From Endomicrobiia bacterium (lineage in GTDB: Bacteria; Elusimicrobiota; Endomicrobiia; DTEH01), in assembly GCA_039630545.1 (NCBI GenBank), contig JBCNUU010000009.1:1-40008 (forward strand): a stretch of DNA of 40,008 nt, in the 5' to 3' direction. Under the pieces are notes generated by a model that had not been told where the DNA came from, did no database searches, and was given only the letters and a program-made list of their open reading frames with translations. Below, piece by piece: positions 1 through 10,085 of this stretch. Position 1 is the stretch's first letter; every line of letters begins with the position of its first letter. Made by a program: the position numbers and the translations under genes.

Positions 1-822
1 AACATGTGCTTTTACAGTGTTGTATGATTCAATTCTTCTTATCCAGCAGTTTGCAGCATTTTTGAAATAAAAAGTATTACCGTCACCATTATCTACTCTT
101 TCTATATAAAAATCTTCAAATCCTACATTTGAAATTAAGTTGTTTCTTCGTACCCGCGGGTTAAGGTCTGCTCTAAAAGTAAAATTAAGAGGAGGATCTA
201 TTATTAAAGTGTTTCCTTGAATTCCAACTATGTTAAAAAACTGTCCAACAGAATTTGCTGCCCAAGAAACATTCCACTGAGATTTAGTATACATCAAAGC
301 TGGATCGTTATCTTGTTGAATTTCTGCTGTATCTCCAACTTTAAACTGTGAAACATCTGAAACAACAATTTGAGTAGAACCTTTAGTATAACCTGATATC
401 GCATTAACCCAGTTACCTCGTCTATAAGTCAGAATATCAATACAGTTATCGTTAGCTCCGTTTAAGTTAAAAATTAACTTTGTTTTTTTATAACCTTCAC
501 CGCGAAAAATAATACCATCGCAGTTTTGTAGGTTAATTTTTGACTTTATCAGGTATGTCCCCTCTGGAAAGTATACGACAGCAGGTGTGCTTTTTTTAAT
601 AAAGTTTATTGCAGAAACGATTGCCTGGTAGTCGTCAGTTTGGCCGTCTCCTTTTGCTCCAAAATCTTTAACATTTGCTACAGGTGAGCTTATATAAGGG
701 ATTTCTCCTGGATAGCCTGCCTTTGACCAGTCAATTATTCTGTCAGGAGTAAATATCTCCGCGTAGCAGACAATAAAAGACACCAAAAGAAGAAAAGTTA
801 TAGTTTTCAGACAGTTTTTCAT
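1..822 (-). CDS. Secreted right-handed beta-helix glycoside hydrolase/lyase (Pectate_lyase_3 / GH28-GH55-related); 3' end runs off the window
   Basis: Absent from the ORF track. Manual translation from ATG at 822 gives MKNCLKTITFLLLVSFIVCYAEIFTPDRIIDWSKAGYPGEIP...NVKDFGAKGDGQTDDYQAI...VVYFPEGTYLI, open to position 1. It has a signal-peptide-like N-terminus and the classic V.DFGA.GDG.TDD / YFP.GTY motifs. Confidence 0.85.
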   Translation of the reverse strand, partial: MKNCLKTITFLLLVSFIVCYAEIFTPDRIIDWSKAGYPGEIPYISSPVANVKDFGAKGDGQTDDYQAIVSAINFIKKSTPAVVYFPEGTYLIKSKINLQNCDGIIFRGEGYKKTKLIFNLNGANDNCIDILTYRRGNWVNAISGYTKGSTQIVVSDVSQFKVGDTAEIQQDNDPALMYTKSQWNVSWAANSVGQFFNIVGIQGNTLIIDPPLNFTFRADLNPRVRRNNLISNVGFEDFYIERVDNGDGNTFYFKNAANCWIRRIESYNTVKAHV

Positions 823-828
823 TGCTAT

Positions 829-857
829 AATTTACAAATTTTAGCTTAGTAAGTCAA
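829..857 (-). promoter_or_regulatory. Putative sigma70 promoter TTGACT-N17-TAAATT ending 6 nt before the ATG at 822
   Basis: Minus strand reads TTGACT tactaagctaaaatttg TAAATT atagca ATG. Confidence 0.45.
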
Positions 858-894
858 TAGCTGTGATTAAAATATTAAGTTTCTTTATTGTTAA

Positions 895-1302
895 TTATTC
901 TTTCTCTGTTGCAATAGCTAACTTTTCTGCGCCAGCAATTTTTGCTATGTCCATAATTTTAACAACTAATCCATGAGGTACAGATTTGTCTGCTCTGATT
1001 ATAACTAACTTTTCTGAGTAATATGGAAGTAGCAACTTTATTTTTTCTTCTAAATTTTCCAATGGGACAACTTTGTTTTCTATGAAAATCTGTTGAGCTT
1101 TGTCTACTGTTATTATTAACTTTTGCTGAATTTGAATTTCAGAAGTTTGCGATTTAGGAAGATTTACTCTAATTCCAGGTTCTACTATAAACGAAGAAGA
1201 CAAAATAAAAAACAACAAAACTTGAAAAACCATATCTGTCATAGGTGCTAAATCTATAAGAGATACTAAGCCTGTTGATTTTTTATTTTTTTTAAGTTTC
1301 AT
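895..1302 (-). CDS. exbD: Biopolymer transporter ExbD/TolR family protein
   Basis: IDLAPMTDMVF..LLFFIL TM segment with the conserved Asp, V.LP motif, IRADKSVPHG.VV.IMD motif. Confidence 0.9.
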   Translation of the reverse strand: MKLKKNKKSTGLVSLIDLAPMTDMVFQVLLFFILSSSFIVEPGIRVNLPKSQTSEIQIQQKLIITVDKAQQIFIENKVVPLENLEEKIKLLLPYYSEKLVIIRADKSVPHGLVVKIMDIAKIAGAEKLAIATEKE

Positions 1303-2266
1303 TTTTTACTTCCTGTTTGAAATAATTTAATAAGTTTAGTTCTTTAAAAACAAAAATAACACCTAAAATTACTACAGATAAAATGCCTATAATGTGAGAA
1401 AGTAATGAAAATGCTACTGCTTTTGTTTTTTCAATATTGAATATAGATAAAGCAAGCATACCCATAAATTCCCAACTCCCTATATATCCAGGTGAAGAAG
1501 GTATTACAACACTTAAAGAAGTTATTGCTTGTACCAAAAAAGAAGACATTATGGAAGGAAGATTAATATCTAAAGATAAACATATCAACCACATGTTGAA
1601 ACTATAACCTATCCATAAAAGAAATGTTAAACTAAAAACCTTTCCTAAAAGAAATTTGTCTTTAAAATTTTCTAAAGCAATATAGAAATTTTTCATAAAA
1701 ATATTTATTTTCTGGAATAACTTTATCCTGGTAGAAAGTTTATTTACTGTGGTGATAACAATTTTTTTAAACTTTAAAATAAAATAAAAACCAAAAACTA
1801 AAAAAAATAGTAAAAGGCTACTTAAAAACAAACTAACCTGTCCAGGTAAAACGATAAAAAAAGAACCTATTATTATAAAAACTACCGGCGGAAATAAATC
1901 CACAAATCTTTCCATTAAAACACTACTGAAAGTCAAAGATTTTGGAATGGCTGTTTTTTTAGAAAGTACATATCCTTGAATAAGATCACCCATTCTGAAA
2001 GGTAAAATGGTATTAAAAAACAATCCTAAGACAGTAGCTTCAAAAAAAATAGGAATTCCGAAATTTTTATATTCTTTTATAATTAACCTCCAGCGATAAC
2101 TCCTAAATAATAATAAGAAAAAACCTATAAATAAAGCAACAATTAAATATCCTATTTTAACATTTTTAATATAGCTTAAAAGTTCAGTAAAACTGATTTT
2201 TTTGAATACCAAGTAAAGCAAAACAAAACTGATTATTAAACCTGAAATTGCTTTAATAAATTTCAT
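1292..2266 (-). CDS. Lysylphosphatidylglycerol synthase TM-domain (flippase-like, UPF0104) membrane protein
   Basis: RSYRW, NTILPFRMGDLI, ERFVD and PSSPGYIG.WE motifs; many TM helices. Confidence 0.85.
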   Translation of the reverse strand: MKFIKAISGLIISFVLLYLVFKKISFTELLSYIKNVKIGYLIVALFIGFFLLLFRSYRWRLIIKEYKNFGIPIFFEATVLGLFFNTILPFRMGDLIQGYVLSKKTAIPKSLTFSSVLMERFVDLFPPVVFIIIGSFFIVLPGQVSLFLSSLLLFFLVFGFYFILKFKKIVITTVNKLSTRIKLFQKINIFMKNFYIALENFKDKFLLGKVFSLTFLLWIGYSFNMWLICLSLDINLPSIMSSFLVQAITSLSVVIPSSPGYIGSWEFMGMLALSIFNIEKTKAVAFSLLSHIIGILSVVILGVIFVFKELNLLNYFKQEVKNET

Positions 2267-2279
2267 ACATACTATAAAT

Positions 2280-4391
2280 TCATAACTGAATATAATACAG
2301 ATTACCTATTTTGTTTAAAATATTTATTAAAACATTAAGTAGTTTTAACCTATTTAAAGCTACCTCTTTGTTTTCATCAAAAATTAATACTTTATCAAAA
2401 AATTCATCTACTATAGGTTTTAACTCTAAAATTTTTTTGGTTATATCGCTAAAGTTTTTTTCATTATATGACTTTTCTATTTTTTCTTTGTAATTCATTA
2501 TTTCTTTGTAAAAATTAAACTCTATATCTGTCTTAAACAAATTTTCATCTACTGAACCTTCTATGTTATACATTTTCTTATTTGCCTGTTGAAGAATATT
2601 GTAAACTCTTTTATATAACTCTATTAATTTTTTAAAATCAACAGAATCCCTAAAAGTGTTTAAATTTTTAACCATCAGTAGTCTTGTGTAAAAATCACCT
2701 TTAAAATCAAACATTACAGTTCTTATTTCATCAATTTTAAAATTTTTCTGAAGAAGTATATTTTCAAATCTTTGAGCAAAGAATCCTACAGTGGTGTTTA
2801 TTAACCTTTCATTAATTGGAAAATTTAATAATTCACAATAATATTTTACAATCTTATCTAATTCTATGTCTATTTTCTTTTCAAGTAAGATTTTTATTAC
2901 ACCATCAACCATCCTTTTTAATCCTAAAGGATCTGAATTTCCAGTAGGAAGATTGTCTATAATTGTGTTTTCTATTATGGTAGAAATCTTATCTGCTAGT
3001 GAGTAAATTACAGAAAGATCATTTGTAGGTATTTCATCATTAAAGTCTTTAGGTTTAAGATGTTCACAACAACATAAAGCTATTTCTTCCGGAAGATTGT
3101 TTTTTTTACAAAATTCTAAACAATAAATTTTTCCTGCAATTCCTTGAAGTTCCGGGTACTCAAAAACTATTTGAGTAAGTAAATCGTTTTTTATAAATTT
3201 TGAAGTGATTTCAATTTTTTCTTTATCAACTCCGAATGCTAATTTTTCATTTAAAAATTCTGCTAATTTTTTAATATTTATAACTTTATCATAATAAGAA
3301 AGTGAAAGTTTTGAGTTATATACTATCCCTTTGAGCCCTTCAAAATACTTACTAAATTCAATTTTTTTATCTGCGTTATAATAATACTTAATATCATTTA
3401 AACGAGCAATCAGTACTTTCTCAAAACCATTCTTTACATAATCTAAATGTTCCGAAAGACCGTTTTTTACTCCTATAAATTTGTTAGTCAATTTTTTAGT
3501 AGTGTCATATAAGGGAATAAATTTTTGTTTTACTTTCATACATGTTATAATAAATTCCTCAGGTAAATTTAAAAATTCTTCCGGGAATTCACATAATATA
3601 CAAGTTGGATATTCGATCATAGAGGTTATTTCTTTTAATAATTTTAGGTCTTGGTCATATTTCAATTTTTCTTTTAGTGTAATATTTTCAATAGATTTTT
3701 TTAAAATATCTAACCTTTCTTTAGAATCCAATACTATACACTCTCTTCTCATAATAGCAAAATAACTCTCAGCTAAAGAGATTCTTCTATGTAGGTCTAT
3801 CTTTATTTTTTTTATTGGATATGTTTTTATTCCAAAAGTAAAATTCGAAGATACTAAAGAAGCAAATTTTATTTTAATAAAACTGTTCCCATAAATAACT
3901 AGTATATTCCTTATAGGCCTTGGAAATTTAAATTTTGTTTCTTCCCATACCATGTTCTTAGGAAATTTTAAATTCGAAATTATATCTATAAACAAATCAT
4001 TTATTATATTTTTAAAATTCTCACCTCCATAAGTTTTCTTAATTGCTAAAAATTTCCCTTTTTGTGTATCTTTTATAAATAACTCTTTTAGCTCTACATT
4101 AAACTTTTTAGCAAAACCTACAGCTGCTGGAGTAAATTCCCCGTTTTTTATTCCTATATTTACAGAAGGTCCTAAAATTTCTTCTTCATATTTTTTTGTG
4201 TTTTCTTTTACATCTTTAATAAATATAACTATTCTTACAGGAGTGACATAATATTCAAACTCTTTATAATCAACTCTGAATTTATCCAGTGAATCTTTTA
4301 AAATTTTATTTAATTGTTGATATGCTTCTTCAATGCAGTTTACTGGCAATTCTTCTGTATAGATCTCTATTAAAAAATCATTTTTCAACAT
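2280..4391 (-). CDS. glyS: Glycine--tRNA ligase beta subunit
   Basis: FLIEIYTEELP, TP.RI, FPK.M.W, PRPIR, EYPELQG, DPLGLKR and NRL.LL motifs; follows glyQ. Confidence 0.97.
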   Translation of the reverse strand: MLKNDFLIEIYTEELPVNCIEEAYQQLNKILKDSLDKFRVDYKEFEYYVTPVRIVIFIKDVKENTKKYEEEILGPSVNIGIKNGEFTPAAVGFAKKFNVELKELFIKDTQKGKFLAIKKTYGGENFKNIINDLFIDIISNLKFPKNMVWEETKFKFPRPIRNILVIYGNSFIKIKFASLVSSNFTFGIKTYPIKKIKIDLHRRISLAESYFAIMRRECIVLDSKERLDILKKSIENITLKEKLKYDQDLKLLKEITSMIEYPTCILCEFPEEFLNLPEEFIITCMKVKQKFIPLYDTTKKLTNKFIGVKNGLSEHLDYVKNGFEKVLIARLNDIKYYYNADKKIEFSKYFEGLKGIVYNSKLSLSYYDKVINIKKLAEFLNEKLAFGVDKEKIEITSKFIKNDLLTQIVFEYPELQGIAGKIYCLEFCKKNNLPEEIALCCCEHLKPKDFNDEIPTNDLSVIYSLADKISTIIENTIIDNLPTGNSDPLGLKRMVDGVIKILLEKKIDIELDKIVKYYCELLNFPINERLINTTVGFFAQRFENILLQKNFKIDEIRTVMFDFKGDFYTRLLMVKNLNTFRDSVDFKKLIELYKRVYNILQQANKKMYNIEGSVDENLFKTDIEFNFYKEIMNYKEKIEKSYNEKNFSDITKKILELKPIVDEFFDKVLIFDENKEVALNRLKLLNVLINILNKIGNLYYIQL

Positions 4392-4404
4392 AACAATGAA
4401 ATCC

Positions 4405-5265
4405 TTAATATTTAGAATCTTCTAAGTATTTTTTTGCTACTTTATTAGCTAAACTTCTAATTTTTAAAACATATGAATTTCTTTCTTCATAAGAAATTAC
4501 TCCACGAGCATCTAAAAGATTAAAAAGATGTGAACATTTTAAGACAAAGTCATATGCCACAATATATAAACCAAGATCTATGAATTTAATACACTCATTA
4601 TAATAATCTTCAAAATGTTTTTTTATTAAATTTTCATTTGCAAGTTCAAAATTATATTTACTCCATTGGACCTCGTCTTTAAAATGTAAATCACCATATG
4701 AGTGATTTTTATCCCACATTATATCAAAAACAGAATCTTTCTGTTGAGAAATCATCGCTATTCTTTCTAATCCATAAGTAATCTCGCAACTTACAGGATC
4801 TAAATCAATTCCTCCCATTTGTTGAAAATAAGTAAATTGTGTGATTTCCATACCATCTAACCAGACTTCCCAACCCAATCCCCATGCTCCTAAAGTAGGT
4901 GATTCCCAGTCGTCTTCAACAAATCTTATATCATGCTGTTTTATTTTTATACCTATTGCCTCTAAAGATGAAAGGTAAATCTGCTGGACGTTTTGTGGTG
5001 AGGGTTTTAAAATTACTTGATATTGATAATAATGCTGAAGACGATTAGGATTGTCTCCATATCTGCCATCTGCCGGTCTTCTTGAAGGCTCAACATAAGC
5101 AACCTTCCAAGGTTTTTTTCCTAAACAACCGAAAAATGTAGCAGGGTTAAAAGTTCCAGCCCCTTTTTCTAAATCATATGGCTGCAAAAGAAGACAATTT
5201 TGTTTTGCCCAAAATTTGTTAAGTGTGGTTATTATTTCTTGAAATGTTATAAATTTTGTTTTCAT
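4405..5265 (-). CDS. glyQ: Glycine--tRNA ligase alpha subunit
   Basis: [64 protein letters not shown]. Confidence 0.99.
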   Translation of the reverse strand: MKTKFITFQEIITTLNKFWAKQNCLLLQPYDLEKGAGTFNPATFFGCLGKKPWKVAYVEPSRRPADGRYGDNPNRLQHYYQYQVILKPSPQNVQQIYLSSLEAIGIKIKQHDIRFVEDDWESPTLGAWGLGWEVWLDGMEITQFTYFQQMGGIDLDPVSCEITYGLERIAMISQQKDSVFDIMWDKNHSYGDLHFKDEVQWSKYNFELANENLIKKHFEDYYNECIKFIDLGLYIVAYDFVLKCSHLFNLLDARGVISYEERNSYVLKIRSLANKVAKKYLEDSKY

Positions 5266-6037
5266 AAGAAATACTCCAGGTTTTAAGTGGAATATGTAAA
5301 AAATCTTGCAGATAAATAAATGTAAATTTTAAAATTTCATCTAGAGTTTTTTTATCAACATTTAATAAATTAACTTCTTCGGCATTTAATTTAAAAAATT
5401 TATGCAAAGTAAATAGAAGATCAAAACTAACAAACATTTTTGAATTGACAATTCTAAGACTTTTCTCACATATACTACATATTATACCTTTTTCTATAAA
5501 ATCAAAACAGTAAATTTCATTCTTATTATTTGATTCTTCATGAAATAACCTCCTGCCACATTTCACACATTTTTTAATTTCAGGCATATATCCACATAAT
5601 TTTATAAATCTAAATACAAACGCTAAATATAAAATTTCATAATTTTTATACAAAGGTAAAACTTCTAATATCCTTTTCACTAAAAAATACTTACTTTCAT
5701 CCTTTGCACCTTCCATAGTTAAAGCGTTTACAAGTTCTAATACTTTAGCAGTATATTTATATATCTCTAAATTCTCCCTCAGAGATTGATTGTAATTCAA
5801 AACTCTTCCACCAGCAAATCTAAAAATTTCTCCGTAATTTATATTTTTTGTGTGCAAGATTTGGAGTTCAAGCTCAGTTGCAATTTCAGTAGATGAAATA
5901 AACTTAGATGTCAATTTATTTACACTTTTAAAAAAAACTTTTATTTTACCATATTCCAATGTGTAAATTGTAACCAGTTTATCATATTCTGCTGTATTTT
6001 TTCTATCTAATACAAATCCTCTAACTAAACTATACAT
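5219..6037 (-). CDS. recO: DNA repair protein RecO
   Basis: E.DKLVT.YT...GK N-terminal OB fold, GY.P...CxxC...G.ICxxC zinc motif; upstream of glyQ. Confidence 0.9.
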   Translation of the reverse strand: MYSLVRGFVLDRKNTAEYDKLVTIYTLEYGKIKVFFKSVNKLTSKFISSTEIATELELQILHTKNINYGEIFRFAGGRVLNYNQSLRENLEIYKYTAKVLELVNALTMEGAKDESKYFLVKRILEVLPLYKNYEILYLAFVFRFIKLCGYMPEIKKCVKCGRRLFHEESNNKNEIYCFDFIEKGIICSICEKSLRIVNSKMFVSFDLLFTLHKFFKLNAEEVNLLNVDKKTLDEILKFTFIYLQDFLHIPLKTWSISYENKIYNISRNNNHT

Positions 6038-6041
6038 TTTT

Positions 6042-7451
6042 TTACTTAAGAATATCTCTTAACTCAGGCAAAATTAATCTTGCTATATTAAAATAGATAA
6101 TTAATCCACCAACATCAACTATACTTGTAAGTAATGGAGCAGAGATAACAGCAGGATCTATTTTAAGTTTTTTTGATATTAATGGTAACATTATCCCCGT
6201 AATAACACCTAAAAAAACTACTGTAATAAGAGACAAACATACTACAACTGCAAGCATTATATTTACCTCCACTGCCAATACTCGCAAAAAACCTAGTATC
6301 CCCACTCCAATCCCTAACATAAGTGCTGTAGTTAATTCTAGCTTTATTATCTTAAAAATATTTTTAAAATTAACATCTCCTGTTGAAAAACCACGAATTA
6401 TAAGAGTTGCTGTTTGAGAACCAGCATTTCCTCCAGTATCAATTAACATAGGGACAAAAAATGTAAGAGCAATAATTGTAGAAATAGCTTTTTCAAAGAA
6501 CTGAAGCACGGAACCACTTAAAAAGTTAATGACTAAAAGTATAGCTAACCATCCTATCCGTCTTTTAAACAAATAAAACACAGTAGCATCCTGATATTTA
6601 ATTTCTTCTTTACCTGTAATTTTACCAACTTCATAAAATTTTTGAGTGTTTAACTTTTCAATAATATCAATTACATCATCCACTGTTATTACTCCTAGCA
6701 AAACATCATTTTCATCTACTACTGGTGCTATTACCAAGTCATATTTAGAGAATAATTTTGCCACTTCTTCTTGAGGTGTATCAACTTTAACTTTTATAAA
6801 ATTTACACTTGACATAATCTCTGAAACTTTTATATCAGCTGGAGCAGCTATAAGTTTTCTTAAGGTTATACCTCCAACCAATTTTTTTTCGTCATTTACT
6901 ACATAGAAAGCATGTAAAGAAGAATATCTTCTATATCTGGATAAAGAATGAATATGATCTATTGCCTGCTTTGTTGTCATATTTGGAGATAAACTTATAA
7001 AGTATGTATTCATTATTGCTCCAGCGGTTCCTTCTTTGTAACTGAGTGTTTGTTGAATTATATTTAAATCTTCTTTTTTAATACAGTTTAACAATTTCTT
7101 TTTAACTCTTTCTGGTAGATGTTTTACCAACTTTGTTTTTTCGTCAGCAGGCATATCTTCAACAAGCTTCTCTAATGGATTTCTTTCAAGATTTTCTATA
7201 ATTAAGCTTTGCTGTTTAGGATCTAAGTCTTCAAATACAGCAATTGCTTTATTGTATCTTAATAATCTAAATATTATTAACTGTTCTTCATCAGAAAAAT
7301 AATCAAAACCTTCTGCTAAATCAATTGGGTGTAAAGCATTAAGTATGCTTTTTAATTCAAAAAATTTTTTTTCCTTAATTAATTGTTTTATTTCGGGGAC
7401 TATTAACACCAAAGGTTGAATTCTTGTGTGATTTGAATTTTTAATATTCAT
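6042..7451 (-). CDS. mgtE: Magnesium transporter MgtE
   Basis: LHPIDLA N-domain, CBS pair (TAG.IM, L.G.IT.DDV.D), TM domain PML.DTGGNAGSQ and DPA..SAPL.T...D. Confidence 0.96.
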   Translation of the reverse strand: MNIKNSNHTRIQPLVLIVPEIKQLIKEKKFFELKSILNALHPIDLAEGFDYFSDEEQLIIFRLLRYNKAIAVFEDLDPKQQSLIIENLERNPLEKLVEDMPADEKTKLVKHLPERVKKKLLNCIKKEDLNIIQQTLSYKEGTAGAIMNTYFISLSPNMTTKQAIDHIHSLSRYRRYSSLHAFYVVNDEKKLVGGITLRKLIAAPADIKVSEIMSSVNFIKVKVDTPQEEVAKLFSKYDLVIAPVVDENDVLLGVITVDDVIDIIEKLNTQKFYEVGKITGKEEIKYQDATVFYLFKRRIGWLAILLVINFLSGSVLQFFEKAISTIIALTFFVPMLIDTGGNAGSQTATLIIRGFSTGDVNFKNIFKIIKLELTTALMLGIGVGILGFLRVLAVEVNIMLAVVVCLSLITVVFLGVITGIMLPLISKKLKIDPAVISAPLLTSIVDVGGLIIYFNIARLILPELRDILK

Positions 7452-7463
7452 CAGTTTCTCCTT

Positions 7464-8690
7464 TTAATTTTGTAGATTGGTTATCCTTAGTTTTTTAATA
7501 ACTCTATCAGTACTCTCTAAAATTTCCACCTCAAAATTGTCAATTAAAAATTTTTCTCCTATTTGAGGTATATATCCAAGTTTAGTGGCTATATAACCAC
7601 CAATAGTAACAATTTCTTCATCGGTAAATTCTATATTTAATTTTTCAGAAATCACTTTTAAATTTTCATTTCCTGATACTACTGCTGTATTTTTATCTAA
7701 CATGTATATTTTTTGTTCTTTTATATCATATTCGTCATAAATTTCGCCTATTAATTCTTCTATAATATCTTCTATTGTAATAATTCCAACAGTGGCTCCA
7801 TATTCATCAACTACAATTGCCATATGATGTTGCCCTTCTTTAAATTTTCTAAGAAGATCTATAATTTTTGTTGTATTTACTACAAAAAATGGTTTTCTTA
7901 AAAGATCCTCTAAAACAAAAATATCTTTGTTTTGCATTGCAACTATTAAGTCTTTTGTATATATTATTCCTATTATATTATCAATATTTCCTCTATATAC
8001 AGGAACTCTGGAAAATTTTATATGAGTTAATTCTTCTATTATTCTTTCAAGAGGAAAATTTGCATCCACAGCGACTATATTTTCTTTTGGTACCATTACG
8101 TCATATACCCTTTTGTCAGCAAGTTCTATTATATTAGAATAAATAAATTTCTCATCTGTATCTTCAACCTCTTGTGAAACTATTTTTTTTAGTTCTTCTG
8201 CTGTAAGGAAGGGATTTTCTTGTTCTACTTCATAAAAAATTTTGATAAAATAAATACTTAATCCTGCTAAAAATTTGGATAAAGGTGAAATTATTTTACT
8301 AAATATAACTAATTTTTTAAAACCCCAATTAATTATTTTTTGAGGATAAAGTAGAGCAAATATTTTAGGTAATATTTCACCTATCGATAATAAAATTATT
8401 ATAGAAAATCCAATCCATAATCCAATTGAAGTACTGATTACTCCTATTCCAATACATGCAAGATTAGTGCCTATAAGGATTGTACTTAAAATATCATGTG
8501 AGTTTTTTTCCCATAAATTTATATATGGTAATAAGCCATTTTTTATTTTAAATTTGATAGCTGTATACTTTAATAATGCTGTTTCTATAGCAGCAAAAAA
8601 TCCAGCTGAGAATAATAAAAACGCGTATATTATAATTTTGATTAAATATAATATTTTATCTTCTCCCAATAAACTTAGTATCGTACTCAT
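7464..8690 (-). CDS. Hemolysin/CNNM (DUF21)-CBS-CorC_HlyC family protein (Mg2+/Co2+ efflux-like)
   Basis: SAGFFAAIETA, GEILPK, FSRVPVY, HMAIVVDEYG..VGIITIEDIIEELIGEI.DEYD; C-terminal CorC_HlyC (TIGGYI...LG.IP..GE). Confidence 0.92.
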   Translation of the reverse strand: MSTILSLLGEDKILYLIKIIIYAFLLFSAGFFAAIETALLKYTAIKFKIKNGLLPYINLWEKNSHDILSTILIGTNLACIGIGVISTSIGLWIGFSIIILLSIGEILPKIFALLYPQKIINWGFKKLVIFSKIISPLSKFLAGLSIYFIKIFYEVEQENPFLTAEELKKIVSQEVEDTDEKFIYSNIIELADKRVYDVMVPKENIVAVDANFPLERIIEELTHIKFSRVPVYRGNIDNIIGIIYTKDLIVAMQNKDIFVLEDLLRKPFFVVNTTKIIDLLRKFKEGQHHMAIVVDEYGATVGIITIEDIIEELIGEIYDEYDIKEQKIYMLDKNTAVVSGNENLKVISEKLNIEFTDEEIVTIGGYIATKLGYIPQIGEKFLIDNFEVEILESTDRVIKKLRITNLQN

Positions 8691-9654
8691 CTAATATATC
8701 TCCTACTATTTCCTCTACAACGTCTTCTAAAGTTACAATTCCTAAAAATTTATTGTTGTGGTCAACAACAATAGCAATATGGATTTGTGTATTTTTAAAT
8801 CTTTTAAGAAGATCTTTTGCTTTTTCATTTAAATTCACCTTAATTATAGGATGTATTATGTCTGATATGTTACATTCATAATTATAACATAAATAAAATA
8901 AATCTTTTACCAAAATATATCCTACTATTTTATCTATAGAATTATAATATACAGGCACTCTTGTCCTTCCACTTTCTATCACTTCATCTATTATATTTTG
9001 GAAATTTTTATTAGCGATATTAATTGCTATAACTTTTTCTTTAGGTACATATATATCTTTAACTTTTATATCATTAAATTTGACTGCATTTTCGAATATT
9101 TCATTTATACTTTTTGGGAATATACCTTTTGTAGTTTTGCTTAAAAGATTTTTTAATTCATCTGTTTTTTTAAAATAAAAAAATTTTTCTTTTGAAAAAT
9201 ATTTTTCTACAAAAAATAAAACAGGAAAAAAAATAAAAAATGTAAAATATTGCAAAATATATAGAGGTAAAATACTCAAAGATGAAACTTTCGTTGAAAA
9301 ATTTTTAGAGACTATTTTAGGTAAAAGTTCACAGAAAGTTATAACAACAAACGAAGATATTATCCATATAATCATTTCTTTTAATTCTCTACTTTTTGTA
9401 AAATGAAAGTACTTCGTAAAGAAGATAGTAAATCTCTCGCTCAAAAGTAAATTAACTATTGTATTTCCTATAAGTATCGTTATGATAAACCTATACGGTT
9501 TTATCAACCATAAAATAGAAGGTTTTTGTAAAACTTTGTGCTGAAAAAATATTTTTTTTAAATTATAATCAGATAAAGAAGTTAATGCGGCCTCACTACC
9601 AGAAAAAAATGCAGATAAAAACATCAATAATAAAATATAAAATAAATTCATCAT
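8656..9654 (-). CDS. CNNM (DUF21)-CBS domain protein lacking the CorC_HlyC domain
   Basis: SAFFSGSEAA, TILIGNT.VN, ELLPK, TRVPVY, GIVTLEDVVEEIVGDI.DEYD, then stop. Confidence 0.9.
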   Translation of the reverse strand: MMNLFYILLLMFLSAFFSGSEAALTSLSDYNLKKIFFQHKVLQKPSILWLIKPYRFIITILIGNTIVNLLLSERFTIFFTKYFHFTKSRELKEMIIWIISSFVVITFCELLPKIVSKNFSTKVSSLSILPLYILQYFTFFIFFPVLFFVEKYFSKEKFFYFKKTDELKNLLSKTTKGIFPKSINEIFENAVKFNDIKVKDIYVPKEKVIAINIANKNFQNIIDEVIESGRTRVPVYYNSIDKIVGYILVKDLFYLCYNYECNISDIIHPIIKVNLNEKAKDLLKRFKNTQIHIAIVVDHNNKFLGIVTLEDVVEEIVGDILDEYDTKFIGRR

Positions 9655-10079
9655 TAAATACCTATAAGTTTATAAAGTATTTTTTCAGAAAGTAAATCCA
9701 TTCTTTCTTTTTCTTTAGATGTAGCATCTTGCATACCTTTGAAATGAAGAAATCCATGAATTATTACCAACAATAATTCTCTCTTTTTGTCATTTTTAAA
9801 AATTTTTGCATTTTTTATTACTTGTTCTAATGAAATTATAAAATCGGCAGAGTGTTTATCATATTTAAAACACAAAATATCGGTAGGATAATTTTTATTT
9901 AAATATTTTCTATTTATTTTTTTTATTTCTTTATTATTTACAAAAACAAAATTAAAAACGAATTTTTTTCTTATTTTTAAGTTAGGAAATAAAATTGATA
10001 AAATTTTTTTAATGTAATTTTTTAATTTATATCTAGTTGTTATTTTAAGCTTTGTTTTATAAAAAAAATTTATCACCAT
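9654..10079 (-). CDS. ybeY: rRNA maturation endoribonuclease YbeY
   Basis: IN..YL.K.YPTDIL.F and HGFLH..G motifs; phoH-HD-ybeY context. Confidence 0.93.
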   Translation of the reverse strand: MVINFFYKTKLKITTRYKLKNYIKKILSILFPNLKIRKKFVFNFVFVNNKEIKKINRKYLNKNYPTDILCFKYDKHSADFIISLEQVIKNAKIFKNDKKRELLLVIIHGFLHFKGMQDATSKEKERMDLLSEKILYKLIGI

Positions 10080-10085
10080 CTAATC

